Shown in pieces: positions 1 through 14,600 of a stretch of 64,000 nucleotides of DNA; position 1 is the first letter of the stretch, and each line of letters opens with the position of its first letter. A program made the translations under genes and the position numbers. The notes below the pieces were generated by a model. It was given only the letters and a program-made list of their open reading frames with translations, was not told the DNA's origin and made no database searches. The DNA is from Eledone cirrhosa (Eukaryota). The DNA lies in assembly GCA_964016885.1 (NCBI GenBank), contig OZ024740.1:388058001-388122000 (forward strand), given 5' to 3'.

Positions 1-67
1 TACTTAATGAATATATTTCTGTGGGTAGTAGGTATCCTAATTTAAAGCTATGTTATGTTGGTTCGAT

Positions 68-497
68 TCACGGAGGTTTGAATCTTATGAATTTAGTGGC
101 TATTCTATGTCTGCAGAAGATAGATCTTTCTAACTTATTATTAAGTAGCCTTTTAACATTTCTAAGGATATACAATAGCTCAAGATCACACAGCCCGCAA
201 TAGGACATCCCTGTACTATAGGTTTTAGCAGCCGACAACTTCGACCAGTTGATAGTGTAGCTAGCGTTGCTGTCCTTCAATTCCCATATTTTTCTGGCGA
301 GGGTGGTGGAACCCATAAGTGCACGGTTTTTCATCGAGTGCCTGTGCACATACCATCTTTTCTTAAAAGAACCCGCGGTGGATCCTATGTAATTCCAGGT
401 GGAGTTACCCGAGATGACAGTGCACATGTACACCAGGCTCGAATCGAGACATCTGTTCGCCAATGGGCACCTATCTGGGAGGTGACAGTTGCAGTTT
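68..497 (-). pseudogene. Penelope-like element fragment: Cys linker plus GIY-YIG endonuclease C-terminus
   Basis: Reads CNCHLPDRCPLANRC..LVYMC..NYIGST..FKKRWYVH..KIWELK..CGLC..LLN..CRH; homologous to 13118-13444 and 54820-55273. The CxC-x5-C-x5-C linker and downstream CxxC suggest the Hydra-type clade (tentative). Confidence 0.85.
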
Positions 498-498
498 G

Positions 499-531
499 AG
501 TGGACTGCATTTAACTATTATTTGTTAATCC

Positions 532-533
<2 letters not shown>
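499..533 (+). mobile_element. Short PLE 3' tail in inverted orientation to the adjacent endonuclease fragment
   Basis: agtggactgcatttaactattatttgttaatccgt recurs at 22814-22848; both copies run straight into (TA)n. Confidence 0.75.
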
Positions 534-1343
<810 letters not shown>

Positions 1344-2976
1344 GATTTGTTTCAGCACAGATTCGGTAGACCAATATTAATTCATAAAACATTGGCATGC
1401 TTAAATCCAGCAGAGAAAACATTTGTCCAATGTAATATCGAACCTTAAACCGCAGAATGACAATGACATTCTTACCTACGATGTTTACTTTTTTCTTCTA
1501 AAAATAATGTCGACAAGTCTTATTGTAATGCTCTAGGAAGGGTGACCTGCCATAAGTTTAAATGAAGTTATGTTTGCATTCAAGACATTTACCTTCTTTT
1601 TTAAAAATCAAGCTAATATTGAATTCATAGATAAATAGGTGCTAAGTCATTCGGTGTTGATTTTTCTTCGTTACCTCCTTACTATTTACAACTATGCGCC
1701 AATGTAAGAAATTGCTTCATTAGTTCATCAATTATTTGAAGCTTTAACCTATGCGTAACAGAAATCAAAATCAGACCAATATTAAGAAACAATTTCAGGC
1801 TTTCTATTTCAGCTTTCATAATCATTTTAAAATGTTTTCGAGTAATGTATTCCTAAGTGAAATATGGACAATGATTTCCCCCCCAGAGCTACATATCAAA
1901 GTTCATATCCTGTTCACATTTCATTTAAAAAGGGGTGTATTGGCAGACAGTGTATATGATCAATTCTCAGACATATTTTAAGTCAATATAAGGCATTATA
2001 TCATCAAGTCATGTAGATGAAATTCTTCAGCTGATATTCAAGATTAATATGATGAAAATAATACTATTTCGACAAATTAGCAGAGTGTAATATTAAAAGA
2101 CGAATGACGTCAACGTTTACAATAAAAATAGGAATAATGTTGAGTGTAAAACTGCTTGTAATATTTGTAAAACTACACATATATACGCCTCAGTGGAAAT
2201 TATTGATTTTATTATCTCCTGTCTCACATTATCAGCATTTGCGTTTTGGTGTGACTACAAATCACTGTCTAAGATGAAAGAGCCAGTGGATTTAATTTAC
2301 ACATTAGTATGCCTCAATTAAACATACATAAATTTCCTAAGTTATGAGCTGAAATCCACATAACCTCGCATTTCACAAGGAATTGTAAAAAGTACCATTA
2401 CAAGGTTGAATGAGTTAGAACAACAGCATTCTCGCAACCAACTCGAAAACGGAAGCCTGTAAGGAGTGGACAATGTTCGAATAACTAATCTCATAAAAAA
2501 TTCCAATGTACTTATGCACCTTGTAAACGTCTGGAATCAAATTGATAATATAGTTAGATTACTTTTTCGCAAGTTGATATCTATTCATAACAAGGATCTA
2601 GTATATTACATTAGGCTGCAGAACACAAAATGGAGATAACACAAACACAGTATTTTCAAAGGTAATTTCACAGGAAAAAAAAAAGAAGTTTAGCAATAAG
2701 CGCTTTATTAATATATCTTAAAGTTGTTTTCAAACATGACAGTGAGTATTTCACCGACACTACCCCCTAGTAAGAAGGTAAAATCATTTACTAATTGCTG
2801 ACGGTTACTTGGATTTAAGCAGAAATTTAATTACAATCATGACGAGAGAATCTCCAACAATAACTTTATAAAAGGCGGCTATAACAAAATATGCAAGATT
2901 ATTATCAATGTAATATATGCTCATACATATACACACATATGCTCATATACACACACATACGAACACAGTTAGACAC

Positions 2977-3028
<52 letters not shown>

Positions 3029-4400
3029 GTATATATGTGTGTATTATTTAGGTGCATACGTATAAAGAAACGGCAAGAAAGAGCGAATCATATTGAAAAT
3101 GTGACACAAGCCGAATGAATACCCTTGCAACTTTTTCTCCTAATTATATTGATCTTTGAGATGTATATAATTGACAATATTGGCATTCATTTACTATTGA
3201 CACAATATGAATAATATAGTCATTTCATTTCAGTCACAATACCTTAGAGTAATATGTCGTGAGAAAATATTTGAACGTTGAAATGTATAAGTATTGAAGG
3301 TCCTCACGCTATTCGTGCTACAAATATAATAGAAATTACACTATCAAAGATGTTATCCTATTACCATCAATAATTCCACACTAATAGATTTATAATCAAA
3401 GGTAAAATGTTCGAGACCTATATCATCAAAAGCAATCAAAACTAGCAATATATTACGAAAATCAATCAAAGATCCCTGACATTTCGAACAATACCAAACC
3501 TCATTGGCGGCTTTCTTCAAATAACTAAAATGTTTCTGAACATACTTATCTTCCATAAAAACAAAACTATTTAAAATAACAAGCGTAATTAGCTTATTTG
3601 TATGAATTATTTATGTTGAAGAGTATAAAGGACATAATATTCAAAGGTAATTTATCTCATAAATTTACCACCAAACTTCGTGCTTGTTTGACTTACCTGA
3701 TTTTTATAAGCATTAATGCTAAATAATATATTATGGAATGGCGGGCTTCAGGAAATGTTCCTTTCATATAAGGATTATATGGTTTCATAGAATTTTCGAT
3801 GTGAACGTTCCTGTCAAACGACTTCGTTGCAATTCACAACTGAAGTGTGTACGTATATATATTCATATCCTCTTCACACACACGCACGCACGCACACACA
3901 CATACACACACACCCTCACACACACACGCACACCCATACATATATATAACGTTGAACGAGATAGAAGTTTAACAATGCAAAGTGGACGAAAAGTAAGGTA
4001 CTTGCTAATCTTTGTTTTGTTTTTTACTGTTGTTCTTTTTTCTGTCCAATATTTCGGGACCTAAAATTCCCTTCTTCAGGGTTGAATGAACTTTCAGTGG
4101 ATAATGTTCCAATATCCTCTCTTTGGGATTACATTTTGTTTTAAATTTTTCTAATTCGTTTTCAAGCATTGTTTGATGATTATTTCGCTATTCACGAAAA
4201 TGACGTCAATTGCCAATGTAGTATTTCGCGAAATCAATTTTCTTTTTTGTTTGAGATGTTGTTTAGTCTGTGTGCGTGTGGGTGTGTCTTTTTTTGTTAA
4301 GTACTGTGTGCTGAGTTCTAATCTATTATTTATTCGTGAGTTTAGAATTTTGTGTTTCTCAATAAACTTTATCTAGAGCCATAATAACCAAATGGAAAAA

Positions 4401-4474
<74 letters not shown>

Positions 4475-4494
4475 AATATATTTGCATATATATA

Positions 4495-4650
4495 TGAGGG
4501 TGCAGGGTATTTTGGTTAGGGTGTTCACCTCACAATTTTCAGGCATGTGGTGAATTCAATTCAATGACTGGGCGGCGTATTTTAACCCTCAGCATGACAC
4601 TTAATTTTATATTGCACCACCCCTCTCAGTTGGTGAAAAAAATGGTATGC
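4495..4650 (+). mobile_element. Decayed tRNA-derived SINE (CORE-like body)
   Basis: A-box-like tggttagggtgttc, degenerate B box, then ccctcagcatgacacttaatttt..ttgcacca resembling a CORE-SINE body (recognised from memory). Confidence 0.45.
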
Positions 4651-6742
4651 ATTCGGTAATTATTGTATCTACTTTAGGGATGAGTAAATAATGGTAGGCC
4701 CACAATGAGTACAATAATTTATAAATGCAACTACTGATATTAAAATAAAATATGCAGCAGTATTTCTAAAATTATATTATCATAAAATTGTTTAAAGCAT
4801 GTCAAGCACTAAACGAAATTACAGAAAGTGATGAAAATACATTATTTTAGAATAAACGATATTTGTTATTAGTAGCCTAGAATGGTCAATTATAAATAAA
4901 ATGGTCAGAAACTTATTCATTATTTTGACATTAATACTGTCCAGTCGAGAAATAGAATTTATTTAAAATGAAAATACAAATGTAAACAATATTGAAACTG
5001 CTATGGCTTACACGGGAATATTCAGCGCAGTGAAGTGTGGCATTCAACTCGGCCAATTGATGTCATACTGTTGAAAAACCATTAGAATATTTATAAAACA
5101 AAGCATGCAGTGTATTGTGGATATACTGGATATACAGAATAAGATAGAAACCATCGATTCCATGTAATGAATTTTATAATCATGTAAGTACTAGTAATGC
5201 ACTGGGTGATTGCTGGCCTTGTGCCTAAAGTAGAAACAATTATTTCTACTAAAATAGAAGACAAATCAAACACACTTAAATTATCATTTCACAACAGAGG
5301 CTTTGAGTTGAACACCATATTTCCTCACTCTGCCGATTTACAATTACCTTTAAGGTAAAATATTATTTAACTTAATGCCACCCAGCGATCGGTAAACTTA
5401 ACTTTGAAATAGTGTCATATAATAGTATTTTGAGTAGTTAGCAAAAAAATAGCATTACATAAATAATATTTGACATTGAGTCTAAATCATATCGGAAACA
5501 ATGGACTCTGTCATTGTTTATTTTGTTTTTGTTTTGTTTTTATTTTTCATAAAGGAAGTTAAAATATACAAATGTCTTGACTCGAAGCAACGAGTGTCAT
5601 ACGTTGAAACCTGGATTCACCTACAATCGTCTCCACCTGTTGTATTTAGCAATTCGATGCTCCCCAAAAATCGTTGTTAAGGCATTGTATAGGCAACTTT
5701 CTATGCCCATGGGGACAATGTGAATGGCATAGCCTTCTCAAAAGCAATCCTTGCTTGAGGGAAAATATTTAACTTTCCTAGGAGTTAAAGCTAGTTGGTG
5801 AACCTGTCTGGTTCCAATTGAAAGATACAATGTCACCAGAGTGAAATTAGAACTCAAAATATAATGGCTTAAGGAAGTAATACATTTAAATGTTTCCAAT
5901 GCTCAGTTCACCTCATCAGTAACATCACCACCATTTAATGTGAAATATACATAAATATAGGTTTAAGCTTATATTAGTTTTGTTTTTCTCGACTTCTCAA
6001 CCTATTCTCCATTAAACCCTCATACTTCAAGACATTTTCCTTATGACCATGATTATCATCATAGATGCTAGTTCAAAGTCACTGTCATTGCAGGCGTATC
6101 ACATCTTTTCGAGTAAAAAGTAATCGATAGTATTAATAAATATTCCGAAAGTGTTCATTCGTAATTACATTTTATGCTTTTTGCTATCAAACGAATTTCA
6201 CAAATATTACATTAAAATTTTAATATTTGTTCAATTAACAATTAAGGAGTACATGACTGTCTTTGATATATATTGTGTTAATATATATCAAAATAAAATT
6301 TGATACTCAGAGATAACTACACATCTACACATTATACAACCACAATAAGTAATAAAAGGAATATAAATATAATAAAAGAAATATATGTAAAGAAAGATGA
6401 GATGTGAATAACAAACTTCTATACCGGTATTTATTTGTTTCATCAATGGAGCCCACATGGATTGATATTGTCAAAACATATCCGGGTGTCTTACATAATC
6501 TGTCATACAATTTATAACTTTATTTAATTTAATCGAACTCATCATGGACATTTGATGAACACCATTTAAAAAAAAAACTTCTGCTGAGAAAATTATTTCC
6601 TGTAAATTTCCTGTAATTTCTGATTTGCACAAATTCCCGCAATTCTCTTTTTCATAATGGAGTTGATTTAAAACCAAAAATGTTCATAAAACCTACCTCC
6701 ACTCAATATTATATAACCGACAGATACTATAAGGATATAAAT

Positions 6743-6960
<218 letters not shown>

Positions 6961-7014
6961 TTTTGAAGTACATATATGTATGTATGTATACATTTGTTTC
7001 ATTAAAATATCTCA

Positions 7015-7312
7015 CAAGGAGAAGGTCACTCTGATATAAAACCTGTGACTTAGTTCGCATCCAATGATGAAGATTAGTTCTAATTTGTGGGTAAATGCAT
7101 TCGATGTTGAGAGGGTAGGATTGGCCCCGTGCAAAGCATTTCCTCACTTAAAAAGCTGCAAACACAGTTATATCTTGATATGTGATATTTTTTGTGATGC
7201 AAGGTATTGATGGCGGTAGGCAAGTCTCTAGCAGGACTAAAAGGCCACATCTGTGGTGTTCATGCTTAAGTATCAAGCGATGGCATTACTCGAAATCAAG
7301 TTGCAGCCATCA
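7015..7312 (+). mobile_element. Decayed copy of the short RTE-derived element at 32200-32707
   Basis: Shares aggagaagg..actctgatataa.acctg, atccaatgatg, caagtc.ct.gc.ggactaaaa and actcgaaa....agttg..cagcca in the same order. Confidence 0.6.
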
Positions 7313-8850
7313 CATACGTATGTATTTATGTACGTATGTAAGTTTTTACGTATATATCTATGTATGAGTGTATGTGCGTGTGCACATCTCTTATAAACAA
7401 ACACACACATATGCACATAAGCAATGCCGAGAATTGTTGCTACCAAGGTATTATCCAGATTATTTTTCATATGTTATAGCGCGCTTCTTCTCTCATCCAC
7501 CCTACTAAAACGTAAAAGAAATGTGTGCTGGGAGGTATCTATAAACTCCATCGTTATTGGTGAGTGTGACAATGAGAATTTTAATGCTCATACGTATGTG
7601 CTTATATTTGTGGGCGTGTGATTTTGTATATGTATGAGTGTGTGTGCGTCTATGTGCTTGTATTTTGCTATGCGTGTGCATGTTCACACGCTTAAATGCT
7701 CGCGTGTGCCTGTGAATATGCTAATGGGCGAACGTTTGTTTCTAATCGTCAGTTAGGTTTTTTCTTTTGCTTTAATTTAATTAATTCATTCAATACACCC
7801 GTTCTTTTCATAACATTTTATTTCGCTTTATTATATGGTTTTCTCCAATGTTTTATCAAAATTCCATTATGAATTTTAATATCCTTTCCCGAAAGCTATG
7901 TTTCTTTTTATTTCAGATTCAAGTATTATAGCCTATATGGAAACGTTAGAGGGATAACAATCTGAAGAAATTCATTTGGTAACTATAAAGTTTCCAGTTC
8001 CATCACATTCCATGGAAAGCTGTCTGCAACTGTATCTTCGGTTTGATCCACACCGCAAGAGAAATTCGGTCGCAAACATACACACATACACAGATACACA
8101 AAGTAGAGGGGAGGAGAATGCAGACAACTAAGACTATCCTTATAACTATCCGTATAACTACCAGGGGTGTTAACATTTTAAGAATCACGAGAGAGTGTTT
8201 CTATATTTGAGACAATCCAACATTTTGGGGGAACAATATATAACAATGCGGTAGTTGTGAATTTTATCTGGGTCCGTTTAGGAACATATCTCTGCTCTGG
8301 GTCCTTAAATAGAGTAATATAATTTGATATGTGCTTAAAGGCTCGGCAACAATTTGAAATAATTAATAATAGAGAATGTAGAATGAAAGCGATGTATCTA
8401 TATATAGAGTATTTATGAATTCTACAGGAAACTGTTTCTTTGCTATATGTAATCCCAGCTGCTGTTCCACCCACATTTTTTCTATATATTCCATTCTATA
8501 TCACGCTTTTCTCTTCTACCTTTTTCTTACTTTCTTTTCGACATTCTATTATGTTTCTCGTTTTCAAATGCTAATTAATTTTGTACGACGGTGAGAATTA
8601 ATTATATATAATTACTTTCTCTTCTTTCTTTGTATTTCTAATGACATATTTATGTCATGTAAATTTAATATGTGGTCTTACATATTTTATAATGAGAAAG
8701 GGAATATACAGTATTATTGAATGTCGACATTGTAGGACTGATTTCGTGACAGGGAAATGTGGGATAATGTAAATAAAATAGAAACAGATTGAATTAAGGC
8801 GTTAATGAATTTATAAAATAACAATAACTAAAACTACAACAATAATAATA

Positions 8851-9072
8851 ATTGTTTCTGATTTAGGCACAAGGCCAACAATTTGGGTGGGGTAAGGAGA
8901 AAGTCTATTAAATCGACCTCAGTGCATTACTGGTACTTTATTTTATCGACCCCGTAAGGATGAAAGGCAAACCTAACCTCGGCGGGATTTGAACTCAGAA
9001 TGTAAACGGCCATAAGACTATGCTCCAAAGCATAGTGTCTGACGCTCTACCGATACTGCCAATCCACCACCC
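8851..9072 (-). mobile_element. tRNA-derived SINE (Meta/Sauria-like core)
   Basis: Minus strand has B box gagttcaaatcccgcc, core ttgcctttcatccttacggggtcgataaaataaagtaccagt and an (AAT)n tail; homologous to 10595-10813. Confidence 0.8.
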
Positions 9073-9074
9073 TA

Positions 9075-9780
9075 CTGTTGGTGGTGTTTGTTGTATTTCT
9101 GTGTTGCTGCTATCGGGGCTTGTTGCGCTATAGCTGTTCCTCGCTCTTTATTTCATTTTGTGGCTGTTGGGACTTTGTTGTTCCCTGTCTTCTGTTGGAA
9201 GCAGAAAGCTCTCAAGAGGTCTTTCTCCGCACATAGATGGTAACGAGATGTCTTGCCCTCAAACATAGTATGTAACTCTACTCCTGGTGGAAGGCGAATG
9301 AGATCTGGGATCTTGTGGATGTTATCCGGGTCGGTGTAAAGGAATACCTCCACAATGCTCCCAAACCAGTTTTCCCGCCACTACCAACAGTATATTCACC
9401 TCTGTTCGGGAATATTGACTCTTACCGTTGTTTTCTCTAAAAACGATGGGTAGAGAACATATTTGTCGCTCCTACAGTGTACCACAGAATATTCCACGAT
9501 GTTACTGTTGATTCATCGTTGACAAGTTAATATATATAGAAGATTAGTCTTTAAGATAAACTAGTAAACCGCTGTTTGATTACTTTCTCTGTTACCAAGT
9601 TCAACAGCTGACAAGGTGGCACGTTTCTTCCATGCTTTTGTGTAGACTAGAGAGCATGTGTTATCTTGATAGGAGAGGACGAAAAAGTCATGGGTGCCGT
9701 TGTGGGATACTATACGTCTTGGGTATTTTACACCTGGCAGGATCAATCCATCTCCAAATCGAAACAGATGATTTCTTTCA
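9075..9780 (-). pseudogene. Possible decayed ORF1 (gag-like) of an L1/Tx1-type LINE
   Basis: Broken frames; EGKTSRYHLCAEKDLLRAFC resembles a degenerate CCHC knuckle following an IP..I.L...EG motif. Confidence 0.35.
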
Positions 9781-9861
9781 GTGGGTGTGTGAGTGTGTGT
9801 GACACATAGAGGAAAAGAGCGAGGGCGAGAGCGATAAAGAGATATAAACGAGGACCATTTG

Positions 9862-10001
9862 GGTTAGTACCTTATTTTAGAATCTTTAAAGGAAGAACGG
9901 CAAAGTTGACTGTTGTAATTTAAACTCAGAGAGCGCTGAACTAGAACAAATACCCAGGCATATTTAATCTGACGCACTAACAACTCTGACAATACGCCAC
10001 C
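9862..10001 (-). mobile_element. Strongly decayed copy of the same SINE family
   Basis: ggcaaagttgac...atttaaactcaga...tctgacgcactaac.actctgacaat parallels 8930-9070. Confidence 0.55.
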
Positions 10002-10594
10002 GTACACATCTTAAACTCTATTTTAATCAACATTTTACCAGATTAACAAAGTATACCTTATTGATATGTGGGGCTGCCGTAGGGGAGATTTCCGGAAGTT
10101 TGGGGACGTCTGACTGGAAGCGGGAGGACGAGTGACGTCACAAGAGGGTTCGAGGGCTACCGACTGGCCCTTTTTTTGCTAGCAGTTCGTGTAGAGTGAA
10201 TACTTGTGGTGTGAAACGAGACTGAGAGAGGCTATGATACTTAAAGTCGGATGTACCGCACGTGGACAGTGGAACGATTCTGCCCAAAGACGCCCAAAGA
10301 CGCAAGGTAAGTCCGAATGCTTCCGGTTACATGATGTAAATCCAATTACTTTTCATTATTGTCTCCTTTGTGCAATATCCTACATTTTCTTTACAATTAA
10401 GTCTGCCATTATCTTTCAGAATGGTGACAATACGTATCAGTCTGTGTAGTTCTCTTCTCACATCCAGTCACGACCACAAACTTTACAAAACACTACCTGT
10501 AGCTTGTAGCAAAACGCCTCGCTCCGAGGTTTTTCTTTGTAAAATAATAGATTTCATGACCTTGTAGTATCAGGACATGCATGCGTCGAGCGTG

Positions 10595-10813
10595 ATTGCT
10601 TGATTGGCAATTTCGACAGAGGGTCGGATGCCATGCTTTGCTGCATAGAGTTACGGCCCTTTATGATCTGAGTTCAAATCCTGCCGAGGTTAACTCTTGC
10701 CTTTCATCCTTACGGGGTCGATAACATAAAGTACCAGTCACGCACTGAGGTCGAGTTAATCGACTTTCCCCTCCACCAAAATTGCGGGTGTTGTTCCTAT
10801 ATAAGAAACCAAT
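10595..10813 (+). mobile_element. tRNA-derived SINE (Meta/Sauria-like core)
   Basis: gagttcaaatcctgccgagg..ttgcctttcatccttacggggtcgataacataaagtaccagt. Confidence 0.8.
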
Positions 10814-11897
10814 GTTTAAGGCATATGGATATCAGAAACAAATGATGTTCTTTTTGCTTCATTAGCGAAGTTCAAGAGAGTAAAGAGCAACATCAACAAC
10901 AAGAAAATCAACAACTATAGCAGTCGCAGCAAAATCAGTTTTACAGATCAACCATCAAAGCAACTATTCTTCCGAATGTTTCATGACATAACCAACACCT
11001 ATAAAAATGATATATATATATGTGTATGCAAGAAACTGAGCACTGTTCACATCCTTGTCATTACCTTCTGCCAGTAACATTTCAGCGGCTTGCATAAAGT
11101 GAGCTATTGGCTGAATGAAGAACTGAATGTTTGAAATGAATATGTGATTCATTAAAGTACAAAGAAATGGTTTAAACGTGGAGAAAATTCAACGAATCTA
11201 AAATTACATTTTATGGGTCTTAGGTTGTCTACCACAGACAGTGATCAACTGTTGAAAACAAATCACCCCTTACTCTACTTTAAAATGCACAACAAATGAG
11301 ATAATATGGTCCTAGTTGAACTCTATTTCAAAATAGTCAGTTCAGGCTAGAATAACATTGATATTGACCTAAATAAATGAAAATCAAGTGTAGGAATAAT
11401 ATGTTTACAATATAAAATGCACAATGGCTGAAATCTTAACGCAAAGTCTCGAAGAATCTCGACTAAATGAAAAAATAATCATTCTAAAAATAGAGTAAAA
11501 GACGTTCATCTGACCTAAATGAACACTTTACAAAGCATTAGACATTCCTGGACGGCAGACAGATAGCACTGAAGAAGATTCGATTTTTACAATATATATC
11601 CTAGCAATATCCCGTCAAAACCCAGTTGTAAGCTATCATCACTGAACACAATACACATATGCATTCTAGTTAGATGAATCCTACTATGTAATTACTACTG
11701 ATTTCACTTTGTGTATGCCGCTAATGAACTGCGCTGAATTATAATCAATATAAGATTCTATTTTATTATCATGAACTTTTAAATAAAAGAAGATAATTAA
11801 AGCTACGATTTTAATTATTTTAGAAATTCCAAACTTATTGTGATCTTAACCTAATTCTCTATGAAGAAATACAACACATAAGAGGAGATGAGGAAAT

Positions 11898-12368
11898 GGG
11901 TGTTTCTTAGAGATTATATATGGCTTAGCGAGAGTTATGAGCGCAGGTTGTGGTTTAGTTTAGGGTTTTTGATCGGTGTTTGCTAGATATTATATCATAT
12001 ATGATTTAGAAAGAGTTATGAGCGGAGGTTGGTGTTTAGTGTAGGGTGTTTGATCGATGTTGGTTAGAGATTATATATGGTTCAGCAAGAGTTATGAGCG
12101 CAGATTAGTGTTTAGTTTAGGGTGTTTGATCGGTGTTAGTTAGAGATTATATATGGTTTAGCAAGAGTTATGAGCGCAGGTTGGTGTTTAGTTTAGGGTG
12201 TTTGATCGGTGTTAGTTAGAGATTATATATGGTTTAGCAAGAGTTATGAGCGCAGGTTGGTGTTTAGTTTAGGATGTTTTATCGGTGTTTGTTAGAAATT
12301 ATATATGGTTTAGCAAGAGTTATGAGCGCATGTTGGTGTTTAGTTTAGGGTGTTTGATCGGAGTTTGT
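11898..12368. repeat. 76-bp minisatellite, about 6 copies
   Basis: taga[g/a]attat recurs at 12065, 12141, 12217 and 12293 (76-bp period), with more diverged outer copies. Confidence 0.9.
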
Positions 12369-13117
12369 GAACTTATTGGAATAGCGCTCTTATTTACGTA
12401 TTAGAAAACAATAGTACTAATTCGGCCGGATACAAACGATAGAAACAAAACTGAAACTGATCGGAAATTAAAGCTTGTAAACAAAATTCCTACTACATAA
12501 AGAAAACGGTCTATATCTGTAAGTTTCCATTTAGTGTTTCATTCATGTTCTTTGTCTGCTACTCTGTTCTTTCTCTCACCCTCTCTCTTTCTATTTATTT
12601 CTCTCTTTCTTTCTCTCACCTCTGTCACAATCTCTCTCACCCGCTCTGGTTATATATATATATATATAGGTACAAGTGTGACCCCGACGGCAGAGCTCAA
12701 GCTGTTTCGACGGCTATTTCTGGACTAAATAAGAATTTTTAGCCTGGTAAATAAGTAGCCGAACTTCTCAGGGGGTATTTCCTTATATGGGAAGATAGTA
12801 ATTGTCAAAAGGATTGGTAAAAAATTTGTTGTAGAGACATGAATTTATCATGGCATTTGGTGGGAGGTAGGGGTGGCTGAACTTGCCGGTAGAACAAAGA
12901 GGGTGTGGGGGAAACCCAGTCAAACGTTGAAAGAGAAATCTATACAGCAGATTCTAAGGATAGTGTATAAAAGGTCGAAAAAGTGTACTGGAGAAGAGGA
13001 GGGGTGTGTGTGTGTGTGTGAAAGAATAGGTAAATCGAAAGGGAGTAAAAAGAACCCCCCCAAAACCATTATAAAAATAAGGAAATAAATATATAATAAA
13101 CAATTTCTGGTTACTAT

Positions 13118-13444
13118 TTCAAGACCCAGCTCTACCAACACCGACATACTTTCCGAAACCCGGCCTGGCGTCATGCCACCACACTTTCGGGCCACATCTG
13201 GGACCTCAAAGATAATAATATAACCTACAATCTCACTTGGAGCTTACTGTCCACAGCTAACTCTTACACGAGAGGACGCCGTCCGTGTAACTTATGCTCG
13301 GAGGAAACATTACAAATGTTGTTTTCGAAGGACCAACTCCTAAACCAGAAAGACGAACTGGTAACCGCATGCAAACACAGATTGCGTAGGACTTACCTCG
13401 CCCTCAAACCCCATAATGACCCGGGGGTGCAGGTGGGGAGGTAG
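13118..13444 (+). pseudogene. PLE GIY-YIG endonuclease C-terminal fragment (absent from the ORF track)
   Basis: Manual translation: FKTQLYQHRHTFRNPAWRHATTLSGHIWDLKDNNITYNLTWSLLSTANSYTRGRRPCNLCSEE..LLNQKDELVTACKHR; homologous to ORF 68..463. Confidence 0.85.
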
Positions 13445-14413
13445 ACAAGGGCTGATACCCCCACTTGCCAACTTTGTAAGGGGTAACCCCTGCTTACAAA
13501 GGTAGACGTAACTTTTTTATCTTTTCCTCTATGTTTCCTTCTTCCCCCATCTCTTCCTAGTCCTTCCACCCCAGATCTCCTTCCTCGTCTTTTTTCACCT
13601 TTCGCCTACCCCGATGCAGCCCATCGGTCTTCTGTAGCCTCAGTACCCCTCCCCCCTAATTTTAAGATAGAATTGGCCGATTACGCTTTTTATAGCAGAT
13701 GTATTAGACCCCGGTAACATTTTTTCTTTCTGGTTGCTGCTCCATTTCTGTGGTTTCTAAATTTCTTAGTGGTATTTTTTTATTAGTATTTTTGTATTAG
13801 CATTTTTGTATTAGTATTTTTGTATTAGTTTTTTTGTATTATATTTTGTATTAGTATTTTTGTAGTAGTATTTTAGTATTTTTGTTCTCAACTTACTAAC
13901 CTGTCATTGTAAGATAGCATTGGCTGATTACTAACTATCTATAGCAGTGATGTTAGACCCCTGTAAAGCCGGCTTTATAAAATTATTTCACTACTTTCTC
14001 GTTTTTAGTATTTTTCCCATTCTCCACCTATTAAAGCTTTCTATAGCTTAGCAATACCAATGAGATATTTGGTGATTGTGGAAATGGAGTAGTAACCAGA
14101 AATTGTTTTTTATATATTTATTTCCTTATTTTTATAATGGTTTTTTTTTTTTACTCCCTTTCGATTTACCTATTCTTTCAACCCCCCTCCTCTTCTCCAA
14201 TACACTTTTTCGACCTTTTATACACTATCCTTAGAATCTGCTGTATAGATTTCACTTTCAACGCTTGACTGGGTTTCCCCCACTCCCTTTTGGTTCTACC
14301 GGCAAGTCCAGCCACCCCTACCTCCCGCCAAATTCCATGATAGATTCATCTGTCTCTACAACAACTTTTTGACCAATCATTTTGACAATTACTATCTTCC
14401 CATATAAGGAAAT

Positions 14414-14509
14414 ACCACCTGAGAAGTTCGGCTACTTATTTACCAGGCTAAAAATTCTTATTTAGTCCAGAAATAGCTGTCGAAACAGCTTGAGCTCTGC
14501 CGTCGGGGT
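14414..14509 (+). ncRNA. Putative type I hammerhead ribozyme, CUGAGAA core, long stem II (inverted copy 12681-12776)
   Basis: Inverted copy reads acccc-CTGAGAA-g..cggcta...tagccg.c-GAAAC...GTC-ggggt: stem I acccc/ggggt and a GUC cleavage triplet. Confidence 0.55.
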
Positions 14510-14600
14510 CATACTTGTTCCTATTACCCACTCTACTACCCTAAGTATTGAGTACTTTGGTGCGTTATGGTCCATCTGGTTCCTTACCACAATTCCTTCG

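Noticed and set aside
3353-3556. Short ORF with WYCSKC as a host exon or PHD finger
   Set aside because: Only one CxxC, with no supporting exons or other motif residues.
5575-5890. Possible ancient RTE fragment
   Set aside because: Only vague motif resemblance; no translatable conserved block.
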